DNA of 64,000 nucleotides from Nibricoccus sp. (GTDB lineage Bacteria; Verrucomicrobiota; Verrucomicrobiia; Opitutales; Opitutaceae): contig JASGHG010000001.1 in assembly GCA_047602425.1 (NCBI GenBank), positions 576,001 through 640,000 of the forward strand, in the 5' to 3' direction. Every line of letters begins with the position of its first letter. Within the stretch, counting starts at the first letter, position 1. Below are positions 50,070 to 58,391 of this stretch, piece by piece. Below the pieces are notes generated by a model, which was not told the origin of the DNA, made no database searches, and worked only from the letters and a program-made list of their open reading frames with translations. The position numbers and the translations under genes are program-made.

Positions 50070-53036
50070 ATGAAACTCCTGCCTTTCGCCATTCAAACCA
50101 TCGCTCTACTGGCTGCCATCGCCTCCGCCACTTTTGGCGAATCGCAATTCAAACGCGCCACCTACGATTTTAATCCCGGTTGGAAGCTGCTGGTTGGCGA
50201 CCCCGCCAACGCGAGCGCGCAGGCCTTCGACGATTCCCAGTGGAAACCAGTCACGCTGCCCCGCGCGTGGAACGAGGACGATGCGTTCTGCAAAGACATT
50301 CCCGACCTCTCCACCGGCATCGCCTGGTACCGGAAAAACTTCACGCTACCGCCCGATGCGAAAGGCAAAAAAGTCTTCCTCGAATTCGAAGGTGTGCGCC
50401 AGGCCGCCGAGGTTTTCGTGAACGGCAAATCCGTTGGCTACTCTGAAAACGGCATCAACGCCTTCGGCCTCGATCTCACCGACGCTGTCGTCGCCGGCAC
50501 CAACGTCGTCGCCGTACGCACCGACAATTCCTGGGACTACCGTGAGCGCGCGACCAACCAGAAATACCAATGGTCCGACAAAAACTTTAACGCCAACTAC
50601 GGCGGCATCCCAAAAAACGTCCGCCTTCACATAACCGATCGCCTGCACCAAACGCTCCCGCTCTATGCCTCGCTTGGAACGACGGGTGTGTACGTCTACG
50701 CAACCGATTTCGACATCGCAGCCCGCGCCGCGACGATCACCGCCGAATCGCAAATCCGCAACGAGCACAAGGAACCGCGCACCTTCACCTACGAAGTTGC
50801 CGTCATCGATCTCGATGGCAAAACCGTCGCCACCTTCGCCGCGCCCGCCGCGACACTCACTCCCGGTCAAACCACCACCGCCAAAGCCTCCGTCCGCGTC
50901 AACGGCCTGAACTTCTGGAGCTGGGGCTACGGCTATCTCTACAACGTCGCCACCACACTGAAGGTTGATGGCCGCGCCGTCGACGTCGTCAACACGCGCA
51001 CCGGTTTCCGCAAAACCGAATTCGCCCACGGCCTGATCAAGCTCAACGACCGCGTGCTCCAAATGCATGGTTATGCCCAGCGCACCTCCAACGAATGGCC
51101 CGCCATCGGCATGTCCGTGCCGCCCTGGCTCAGCGACTACAGCAACCGCCTCATGGTCGAGAGCAATGGCAACCTCGTTCGCTGGATGCATATCACGCCT
51201 TGGAAACAGGACGTCGAGTCCTGCGATCGTGTCGGCCTCATTCAAGCCATGCCCGCCGGCGATTCCGAAGCCGACGTCACCGGACGCCGCTGGGAACAAC
51301 GCATCGAAGTCATGCGCGACTCGATTGTCTATAACCGAAACAATCCCAGTATCCTATTCTACGAGTCTGGCAATCGCGGCGTCAGCGAGGAGCATCAACG
51401 GCAGATGAAGGCGCTCCGCGACGAGTTCGACCCGCATGGCGGACGCGCTTCCGGCAGCCGCGAAATGCTCAACAAAAACACCATCGCCGAGTACGGTGGC
51501 GAAATGCTCTATATCAACAAGAGCGCCCGCATTCCCTTCTGGGCCATGGAATATTCCCGCGACGAAGGCCTGAGAAAATATTGGGACGAATTCACCCCGC
51601 CGTATCATAAAAATGGCGACGGCCCCCTGCACAAGGGCCAGAATGCCAGCGCCTACAACCATAACCAAGACTCCCACGCCATCGAAAATGTCGTCCGCTG
51701 GTATGACTACTGGCGCGAACGACCCGGCACCGGCAAACGCGTCAGCTCCGGCGGCGTGAACATCGTTTTCTCCGACACCAACACCCATCACCGCGGCGCC
51801 GAAAACTATCGCCGCTCCGGCGAAGTCGACGCCATGCGCATCCCTAAGGACGGCTTCTACGCCCACCAAGTCATGTGGGACGGCTGGGTCGATGTCGAAA
51901 AACCGCGCATCCATATCATCGGCCACTGGAACTACACACCAGAAACAAAAAAGCCGGTCACCGTCGTCTCCAGCGCCGATCAAGTCGAACTCTTCCTCAA
52001 CGGCAAATCGCTCGGCCTCGGCGAGCAAAGCGCACGCTTCCTCTTCACTTTCAAAGATGTCGCCTGGCAACCCGGCGAACTGCGCGCCATCGGCAGTTCC
52101 GTCGACGGCAAAAAGTTCTGCGAAGCCCGCCTCAGCACCGCCGGTGAACCCGCCGCGTTGCGTTTGACGGCCCGCACTGCACCCACCGGTCTACGCGCCG
52201 ACGGCGCCGATCTCGCCTTGCTTGAAATCGAAGTCATCGACGCCCAAGGCCAGCGCTGTCCGACCGCGCTCAACCTCGTCGACTTCAAACTCGACGGCCC
52301 CGCTGAATGGCGCGGTGGCATCGCCCAAGGCCCGAACAACTACATCCTCGCCCAAAGTCTGCCCGTCGAGTGCGGCGTCAATCGCGTTCTCATCCGCTCC
52401 ACCACCAACGCCGGCAAAATCACCGTCAGTGCCAGCTCCGCCGGCCTGAAATCCACCTCCATCGAACTGCTTTCGAAGCCCCTCGCAGTCCAAGGCGGCC
52501 TTAGCCAACAGTTCGCCAGCGACAAACTGCCCGTCAACCTCGACCGTGGTCCCACACCGGCCGGCCCCTCTTTCAAGGTTTCGCGCCTGCCCGTCGAAAT
52601 CGCCTCCGTCGTTTCCGGCAGCAACAGCGAAGCCGCCGCAAATACGTATGACGACGACGAACTCACCAACTGGGTCAGCGGCAAAGGCGAAGGAGAAGCG
52701 TGGATTTCCTACGAATTTTCCCGCCCTGCCACGATCGCGGAAGCCGTCATCAAACTCCAGGGCTGGCGCCAGCGCACCTACCCAATCCGTATCACGGTCG
52801 ATGGCCAGGAGGTTTTCAAAGGCGACACCCCCAAGAGTCTCGGCTACGTCACATTGCCCTTCAAACCCGTGACCGGCAAAACCGTTAAAATCGAACTTAC
52901 CGGTACCACCAAGGACAAGGACGAGTACAAGATCGTGGAAGTCGCCAACCAAGCCATCGCCGATACCGGCGCCAACCGCCTCCCCAACGGCGTCCTCGCC
53001 ATCGTCGAAGCAGAATTCTACGAGACTGCGAAATAG
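50070..53036 (+). CDS. Secreted GH2-family glycosidase
   Basis: Signal peptide; WYRKNF, FLEFEGVRQ, NYGGI, RNNPSILFYESGN, IGHWNY, VELFLNGKSLG; C-terminal CBM-like domain. Confidence 0.88.
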   Translation: MKLLPFAIQTIALLAAIASATFGESQFKRATYDFNPGWKLLVGDPANASAQAFDDSQWKPVTLPRAWNEDDAFCKDIPDLSTGIAWYRKNFTLPPDAKGKKVFLEFEGVRQAAEVFVNGKSVGYSENGINAFGLDLTDAVVAGTNVVAVRTDNSWDYRERATNQKYQWSDKNFNANYGGIPKNVRLHITDRLHQTLPLYASLGTTGVYVYATDFDIAARAATITAESQIRNEHKEPRTFTYEVAVIDLDGKTVATFAAPAATLTPGQTTTAKASVRVNGLNFWSWGYGYLYNVATTLKVDGRAVDVVNTRTGFRKTEFAHGLIKLNDRVLQMHGYAQRTSNEWPAIGMSVPPWLSDYSNRLMVESNGNLVRWMHITPWKQDVESCDRVGLIQAMPAGDSEADVTGRRWEQRIEVMRDSIVYNRNNPSILFYESGNRGVSEEHQRQMKALRDEFDPHGGRASGSREMLNKNTIAEYGGEMLYINKSARIPFWAMEYSRDEGLRKYWDEFTPPYHKNGDGPLHKGQNASAYNHNQDSHAIENVVRWYDYWRERPGTGKRVSSGGVNIVFSDTNTHHRGAENYRRSGEVDAMRIPKDGFYAHQVMWDGWVDVEKPRIHIIGHWNYTPETKKPVTVVSSADQVELFLNGKSLGLGEQSARFLFTFKDVAWQPGELRAIGSSVDGKKFCEARLSTAGEPAALRLTARTAPTGLRADGADLALLEIEVIDAQGQRCPTALNLVDFKLDGPAEWRGGIAQGPNNYILAQSLPVECGVNRVLIRSTTNAGKITVSASSAGLKSTSIELLSKPLAVQGGLSQQFASDKLPVNLDRGPTPAGPSFKVSRLPVEIASVVSGSNSEAAANTYDDDELTNWVSGKGEGEAWISYEFSRPATIAEAVIKLQGWRQRTYPIRITVDGQEVFKGDTPKSLGYVTLPFKPVTGKTVKIELTGTTKDKDEYKIVEVANQAIADTGANRLPNGVLAIVEAEFYETAK

Positions 53037-53050
53037 TTTCCCGCAAAAAG

Positions 53051-53111
53051 GTAGGGCGCGACCGCCGGGCGCGCCGTGGATAACGGACGGCCAAGACTGA
53101 CCGTCCGTATC
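53051..53111. repeat. Hybrid REP doublet between convergent genes
   Basis: GTAGGGCGCGACCGCCGGGCGCGCCG, then CGGACGGCCAAGACTGACCGTCCGTATC (like 17151-17177). Confidence 0.75.
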
Positions 53112-53122
53112 TCAAATACACC

Positions 53123-54391
53123 TCAGCTTAAATCCCGGATCGATCCGAATTCCGGGTCGAACAGCCGACGGTAGGTCCGCACGATCATGCCGTCTGTGAG
53201 GCCAGCGAGCCAATCGCTGATTCGCCGCGCCTTACCGTCCAGCGTTGTTTCGCCTTCGACCAATTTGCCCACGGACGACGGCAGAATGTGGATCACGCGC
53301 TCGCTCTTCGTCACATAGTTGGCCCAAGCCGCCTCCCACAGGCGAAACATCACACGCCGCGCCTTATGTTCGATTTGCTGCAGTTGGGGACTCTCAAAAA
53401 TCACATCGTTCGCCATTTTCTTATAGAATTCCGACTCGCTGAGTGCCGCTTCATCCACGACCAGTTCGTAGCGGTAACGATTGGTTTTGTCGGACATGAA
53501 GTTTTTTCTCTCACGCAAGCGGCACGCCCGGATGAAAGCTCCGATTTTCTGGGAAAACACGTACTCGATCCGATCGCTGCGAATCGCTCCAAAGAGATCG
53601 TCGAGGTGCCGCTGTTTCGCCGCGTCGACCGGCTGTTCCGCCGCCCAAGCCTCGACCTGCTCGATTGTCAGAAACCCGGCCTTTACGCCATCGACGATAT
53701 CGTTGAGCGAATAGGCCGCATCGTCCGCCCAGTCCATGATCTGGCACTCGACGGATTTAAACCCATTCAGATTTTCACCCGCGTGCAGGTCGGCCGGGAT
53801 CACTGTTCCGTCGAAGACGAAATCGCGATATTGCACTTGTGGGTCGTAAAGGAAATGCCGAACCGGATGCTTGGGGAACTCCCGATATAGCTTCTTGTAC
53901 TTCAAAACACCATCGAGCAATGCCCGCGTCGGCTGCATGCCGCGTACCGAGGTTTCGTTTTGGTACATTGTCTCGGTTAGCAGGTGCAGCGTCTGGGCGT
54001 TTCCCTCGAAACCACCATATTCCCTCATCAATTCCTGCAGTGTCCGCTCGCCCGAATGTCCAAACGGCGGATGTCCGAGATCGTGAGCCAAACACACCGC
54101 TTCAACCAATTCGCCATCGACATAAAAATCCTCCGCGAGCGGCGCGCCACGCTTTTGAAGATAGTTACAAATCGAACGCCCGACCTGCGCGACTTCCATC
54201 GAGTGGGTCAGTCGCGTGCGGTAAAAATCATACTCGCCCGACAAAAACACCTGCGTCTTCGACTGCAGCTTGCGGAATGCGTGCGAATGAATCACGCGGT
54301 CGCGGTCGATCTGAAACGCGTTGCGATAGTCGGTCTTGTGCGGGCCGCCGAGGGTTTGCGAATCGAAGTCCGTGTAAAAACGGTTGGGCAT
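53123..54391 (-). CDS. dgt: Deoxyguanosinetriphosphate triphosphohydrolase (HD family)
   Basis: FQIDRDRVIHS, KTQVF, RTRLTHSMEV, LAHDLGHPPFGH.GE, FEGNAQ, WADDAAY. Confidence 0.93.
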   Translation of the reverse strand: MPNRFYTDFDSQTLGGPHKTDYRNAFQIDRDRVIHSHAFRKLQSKTQVFLSGEYDFYRTRLTHSMEVAQVGRSICNYLQKRGAPLAEDFYVDGELVEAVCLAHDLGHPPFGHSGERTLQELMREYGGFEGNAQTLHLLTETMYQNETSVRGMQPTRALLDGVLKYKKLYREFPKHPVRHFLYDPQVQYRDFVFDGTVIPADLHAGENLNGFKSVECQIMDWADDAAYSLNDIVDGVKAGFLTIEQVEAWAAEQPVDAAKQRHLDDLFGAIRSDRIEYVFSQKIGAFIRACRLRERKNFMSDKTNRYRYELVVDEAALSESEFYKKMANDVIFESPQLQQIEHKARRVMFRLWEAAWANYVTKSERVIHILPSSVGKLVEGETTLDGKARRISDWLAGLTDGMIVRTYRRLFDPEFGSIRDLS

Positions 54392-54511
54392 GCCGTGAAG
54401 TTGCCTCAGCAATGCCAATGGTACGAGTCGAAATCGCCACAACTCACGACAAACATCCTAAAACTCGTCGATGAATTTGAACCTGACCGCGAGTTCGCTT
54501 TATTTCCCACC

Positions 54512-55009
54512 ATGTTTGCAGCGTCCTTCCCTACCTCGTTCGGCCGTTGCGCTCTTTCATGGAATGACAAGGGCCTCACGCGCTTCTTCCTGCCGGGCGA
54601 TTCAGCCGACACCAACACGGAAACCACTCCACCGCCGTGGGTCGCCGCAATCATCGGCCGCGTTCAGCGTCACTTCGATGGCGACTTCCAGGATTTTTCT
54701 GAAGTGCGTCTCGACCTCTCTCAATTGACCCCGTTTCAAAAACGCGTCTACACGGCCGCGTTGAAAATCAGAGCCGGTGAAACCCGCACCTATGGCTGGC
54801 TCGCAAGCGAAATCGGCAGTCCAGGCTCCAGCCGCGCCGTGGGCGCCGCGCTTGGGCGTAATCCTTGGTTGTTGCTTGTGCCGTGTCACCGTTTTGTAGG
54901 AGCCGACGGGAAACTCACGGGATTCTCCGCGCCCGGCGGGCTCGCCACCAAGCGCCGCATGCTCAATCACGAGGCCGCCGCCACCCTCGTGCTCTGCGCT
55001 CCATTGTAA
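54512..55009 (+). CDS. ogt: Methylated-DNA-protein-cysteine methyltransferase
   Basis: TPFQKRVY, GETRTYG, RAVGAALGRNP, VPCHR. Confidence 0.92.
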   Translation: MFAASFPTSFGRCALSWNDKGLTRFFLPGDSADTNTETTPPPWVAAIIGRVQRHFDGDFQDFSEVRLDLSQLTPFQKRVYTAALKIRAGETRTYGWLASEIGSPGSSRAVGAALGRNPWLLLVPCHRFVGADGKLTGFSAPGGLATKRRMLNHEAAATLVLCAPL

Positions 55010-55055
55010 TTTTTCGCAGCTGCATTTCTCGCAACAGGCTGCTTTGGTTGCGGGT

Positions 55056-55466
55056 ATGAAGCCCCTCACACCGGTCCAGCAACGCAAACTCGAAAAGGCC
55101 GCGCGCGCTGCGGCGAAAGCCTCTTACTCGCCGTATTCAAAATTTCGCGTCGGCGCCGCCGTGCTTACCGAGTCGGGGAAAATTTTTGCCGGTACCAACG
55201 TCGAAAATGCTTCGTACGGTCTTTGCAACTGCGCAGAGCGCACGGCCATCTTCTCCGCCGTCGCCACGGGCGATCGGAAAATTCGCTGCGTCGTCGTCTA
55301 CACGCCAACCCAAACAGCCATCACACCCTGCGGCGCTTGCCGACAGGTCATCAACGAATTCGGCCCCGAAGCTCGAGTCATCTCGGTTTGCGATTCCGCC
55401 GACCGCATCGACACCGTGCTCTCCGCCCTGCTCCCCGGCGCTTTCGGACCGGATAATCTCGCATAG
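55056..55466 (+). CDS. cdd: Cytidine deaminase (homotetrameric type)
   Basis: YSPYSKFRVGAA, NVENASYG, CAERTA, PCGACRQ. Confidence 0.95.
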   Translation: MKPLTPVQQRKLEKAARAAAKASYSPYSKFRVGAAVLTESGKIFAGTNVENASYGLCNCAERTAIFSAVATGDRKIRCVVVYTPTQTAITPCGACRQVINEFGPEARVISVCDSADRIDTVLSALLPGAFGPDNLA

Positions 55467-55568
55467 ATTAAAATCGGGGTCGTTCCCACAAATCGCCAGC
55501 GCCCCCGCTCCCAGCAAGGCGAAGGATTCCGGCATCTCTTCGCAAAATTACCCCTGCGTCCCCCGGAT

Positions 55569-55667
55569 TGTTTGTCATCCAATAGATGACAATGGACCGA
55601 ACGTTCGCCAATTTCCCTCGTATGCAACCAATCGTTTCCCCATATCTCACGTCATCTAATGGATGAC
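55569..55667. repeat. Second GTCATC-N5-GATGAC palindrome pair
   Basis: 55569-55592 is the exact reverse complement of 2038-2061; 55651-55667 is the exact reverse complement of 1981-1997. Confidence 0.85.
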
Positions 55668-55765
55668 ATAACTATTAATGAGATCTAATTTTGAATATGG
55701 GTGGCCCATCCGCTCGATGGTTGCGGGTTTGACCAAAACACCAGATCAGCCTCAAAGTCTGCATC

Positions 55766-56296
55766 ATGTCCAAGGCCCTCTTCATCGACCGTGACGATAC
55801 ATTGATTGTCGACAAAGTTTATCTTTCAGATCCAGCCGGGGTGGAACTTTTGCCCGGCGTGCCCGAAGCGTTAAAGCGTGCGCGCGATCTCGGATATCAG
55901 CTTTTTCTCTTCACCAACCAGTCCGGTATCGGCCGCGGCTACTACGCCATCGAAGATGCCCACCGCGTAAACGCGCGCATGGAGGAACTCATCGGCTTGC
56001 CGCGTCCCCTCTTCGTCGAAATTGGCATCGCACCCGAGGCGCCCGACCAGCCGTCGCTTTATCGCAAGCCGTCCCCGCGCTTCATTACCGAGATGATCGC
56101 CAAGTACAAACTCGACCCCGCGCAGTGCATCATGGTCGGTGATCGCGAGTCCGATATTGAAGCCGGCCTTAACGCCAAAATTCGCTGCGCCGCGCTCTGC
56201 ACCGCTAAAGTCACCGCGGAAAAATGGCGCGCGTTAGCCTACCCCGGTGTCCCGGTATATCCCACCTTCGCCGACTTCGCGAAAACTTTGGGATAG
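55766..56296 (+). CDS. gmhB: HAD-IIIA phosphatase (GmhB/HisB-like)
   Basis: ALFIDRDDTL, TNQSGIGRG, RKPSP, MVGDRESD. Confidence 0.8.
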   Translation: MSKALFIDRDDTLIVDKVYLSDPAGVELLPGVPEALKRARDLGYQLFLFTNQSGIGRGYYAIEDAHRVNARMEELIGLPRPLFVEIGIAPEAPDQPSLYRKPSPRFITEMIAKYKLDPAQCIMVGDRESDIEAGLNAKIRCAALCTAKVTAEKWRALAYPGVPVYPTFADFAKTLG

Positions 56297-56311
56297 TGAG
56301 AAAACCTTTTT

Positions 56312-56438
56312 GCCACAGAGAACACAGAGCGCCGACACGGAGGGCACAGAGTTCTGAACAAAAACACAGAAATTCCAAAAAGCGTCTCCTGTCTTTCTCT
56401 GTGATCTCTCTGTGTCCGAGCTCTGTGTATTCTGTGGC
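56312..56438 (+). repeat. Inverted CACAGAG-repeat hairpin (empty element)
   Basis: GCCACAGAGAACACAGAGC..GACACGGAG..CACAGAG pairs with CTCTGTG..CTCTGTGTC..GCTCTGTGTATTCTGTGGC. Confidence 0.88.
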
Positions 56439-56462
56439 CCAATTTCTTAATTTTCCTTCCCC

Positions 56463-57277
56463 ATGCCCGAACTCGCCGAAGTCGAATATTACCGCAAGCG
56501 TTGGGATCTCGGATTGAATCAGAAAATCACCGAGGTGGAACTGCATCCCAAAGCCAAAATTTTTCGCGGTTGCGATGTCGCTTCTCTCGAAAAGCAGCTC
56601 ACCGGTGCCACATTGGTCTCCTCCGAAGCCGCCGCTAAGCAAATGCTCTTTCGCTTCAGTGGCGATGCCTGGCTCGGTCTGCACCTCGGTATGACTGGTG
56701 AACTCACCGCCCAATCCGCCGATTTTACGCCACGCAAACACGATCATCTCGTACTCCGGCAGCGCGAGCGGTCCCTCGTATTTAGCGATCATCGTATGTT
56801 CGGTCGCGTGCAGTTCTCTGTCGGACCATCCGCACCGACTTGGTGGACTTCGATCGCGCCTGCGATTTTGTCCGGCGCCTTCACCGTCGATGCCGTGGCG
56901 GTATTTCTTCGCCGCCGTGCCCGCGCGCCGATCAAAGCCGCGCTGCTCATGCAGGAACGTTTCCCCGGCATTGGCAACTGGATGGCCGACGAAATCCTCT
57001 GGCGCTCGGCCATTCACCCGAAACAACCCGCAGGTACACTCACGTCTGCTCAAATCAAAACGCTCCACCGGGAGTGTCGCTGGGTTTGCCGAGAGGCCCT
57101 AAAAATCATCGGCGACGCACCCGACACGTTGCCCGACCCGCCCAAATCCTGGCTTTTTCCCCACCGATGGGAAAATGGCGGACTTTGTCCCAAAACCGGC
57201 GCGGAACTCCTCCGCGAAGAAATCGGCGACGGCGCACGACCTGCTGGTCGCCAGCCCGGCAGAAGCTCCTGCACTAA
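56463..57277 (+). CDS. mutM: Fpg/Nei DNA glycosylase, with a frameshift near the C-terminus (as read, the ORF runs to 57305)
   Basis: MPELAEVE, LHLGMTG, D.RMFG, GIGNWMADE; expected RTTCWSPARQ lies in another frame ending 57277. Confidence 0.85.
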
Positions 57278-57312
57278 AATATTTCTGCAAACCAGATCTC
57301 TGTAGGATACGG

Positions 57313-58302
57313 CTATTTCTTCTTCGCATCCTGCCCGCTGGTTAAATCCTTCACCACGGCTTCCAATCCCTGTATGGCGGCGGAGAGCTTGGTATAGTCA
57401 AGTGTGTCCGGCGTGTCGGTCGGCTTGTGATAATTTTTATTCCGAAATGGTGCAGTGTCGGTGATCATCACCGCGGGCCATCCTTCCTGCCAGAATGACC
57501 AGTGATCCGACCAGCCAACGCCCTGCAAGCCGCCAGGTAACGAAGCGCTCTCCACCGCCAAAACCTTCGTTTCTTCGAAAACTTTCTTCACTCGTTTCAC
57601 GAGAGCGCTCGACTCGCGATTACCCACTATGGCCAGGAAATTTCCAGTCGACGGATAGAACAGGCTCAACGGAAAGGGATAGTGCTGCGTTTTCTTCGCG
57701 TCGGTGAAATAGCCCATTGTTTCCAGCGCCAGCATCGCCACGACTTTATCGCCGCGCTCCTTGCAATGCCGGGCATACACGCGGCTGCCCATCGCGTCGG
57801 TTTGAAAATAAATCGGCTCCTCATTCGTGAATGCGACAAAGCGCAAAGTTCGTTCCGGCGACGCCGAGGCGAACCTTTCTGCCAGAGCCAACATAGCTGC
57901 GACGCCGCTCGCGTTATCGTCCGCACCCGGCGTGAACGAGACGGTGTCGTAGTGGGCTCCAACGACTACGATTTCTTCAGGAAATTTCGTGCCGCGTTTT
58001 TCCACTTCGAGATTTTCGCAACGTTTCAGCCCGACGTGGTATTCCAACCGCTTCACCGTCCACCCAGCGCTTTCAAAACGTTGCGCCACAAAATCCGCCG
58101 CCTTTTGCAAAACCTCAGGCCTATACAACGATCGCGGCCCGATCGTCTCCGCCAACATCGTGACATCTGAGCGGAGCCCCATTTCCAGTTGGGTTGGCTC
58201 AACTTTCCGAACCGGTTCTGCGCCGAACAATATGGTCCAACTGCCTGCCAGGAAAAAAAGGATTCCGGCTTTTGAAAAACGGCCTGATCCAATGATCTTC
58301 AT
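57313..58302 (-). CDS. M28 family metallopeptidase, exported
   Basis: VVGAHYD, PGADDNASG, FTNEEP, LETMG, WSDH, YHKPTDT. Confidence 0.92.
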   Translation of the reverse strand: MKIIGSGRFSKAGILFFLAGSWTILFGAEPVRKVEPTQLEMGLRSDVTMLAETIGPRSLYRPEVLQKAADFVAQRFESAGWTVKRLEYHVGLKRCENLEVEKRGTKFPEEIVVVGAHYDTVSFTPGADDNASGVAAMLALAERFASASPERTLRFVAFTNEEPIYFQTDAMGSRVYARHCKERGDKVVAMLALETMGYFTDAKKTQHYPFPLSLFYPSTGNFLAIVGNRESSALVKRVKKVFEETKVLAVESASLPGGLQGVGWSDHWSFWQEGWPAVMITDTAPFRNKNYHKPTDTPDTLDYTKLSAAIQGLEAVVKDLTSGQDAKKK

Positions 58303-58340
58303 GGGTTCCTATTGAACGGTTAGGATTCAACTTCGCCAAC

Positions 58341-58370
58341 AAAAAAGCCCGCGGCGTGCCGCGGGCTTTT
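58341..58370 (-). terminator. Rho-independent terminator of secA (possibly bidirectional)
   Basis: AAAAAAGCCCGCGG-CGTG-CCGCGGGCTTTT. Confidence 0.88.
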
Positions 58371-58391
58371 GAAAGTTATATCGTAATCGGC

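Noticed and set aside
53984..54511. Long N-terminal extension of ogt
   Set aside because: Overlaps dgt on the opposite strand; the Ogt-like sequence starts at ATG 54512
53123..55466. dGTPase plus cytidine deaminase as an anti-phage nucleotide-depletion system
   Set aside because: Both look like ordinary housekeeping forms, are divergently transcribed and have no defence-island neighbours
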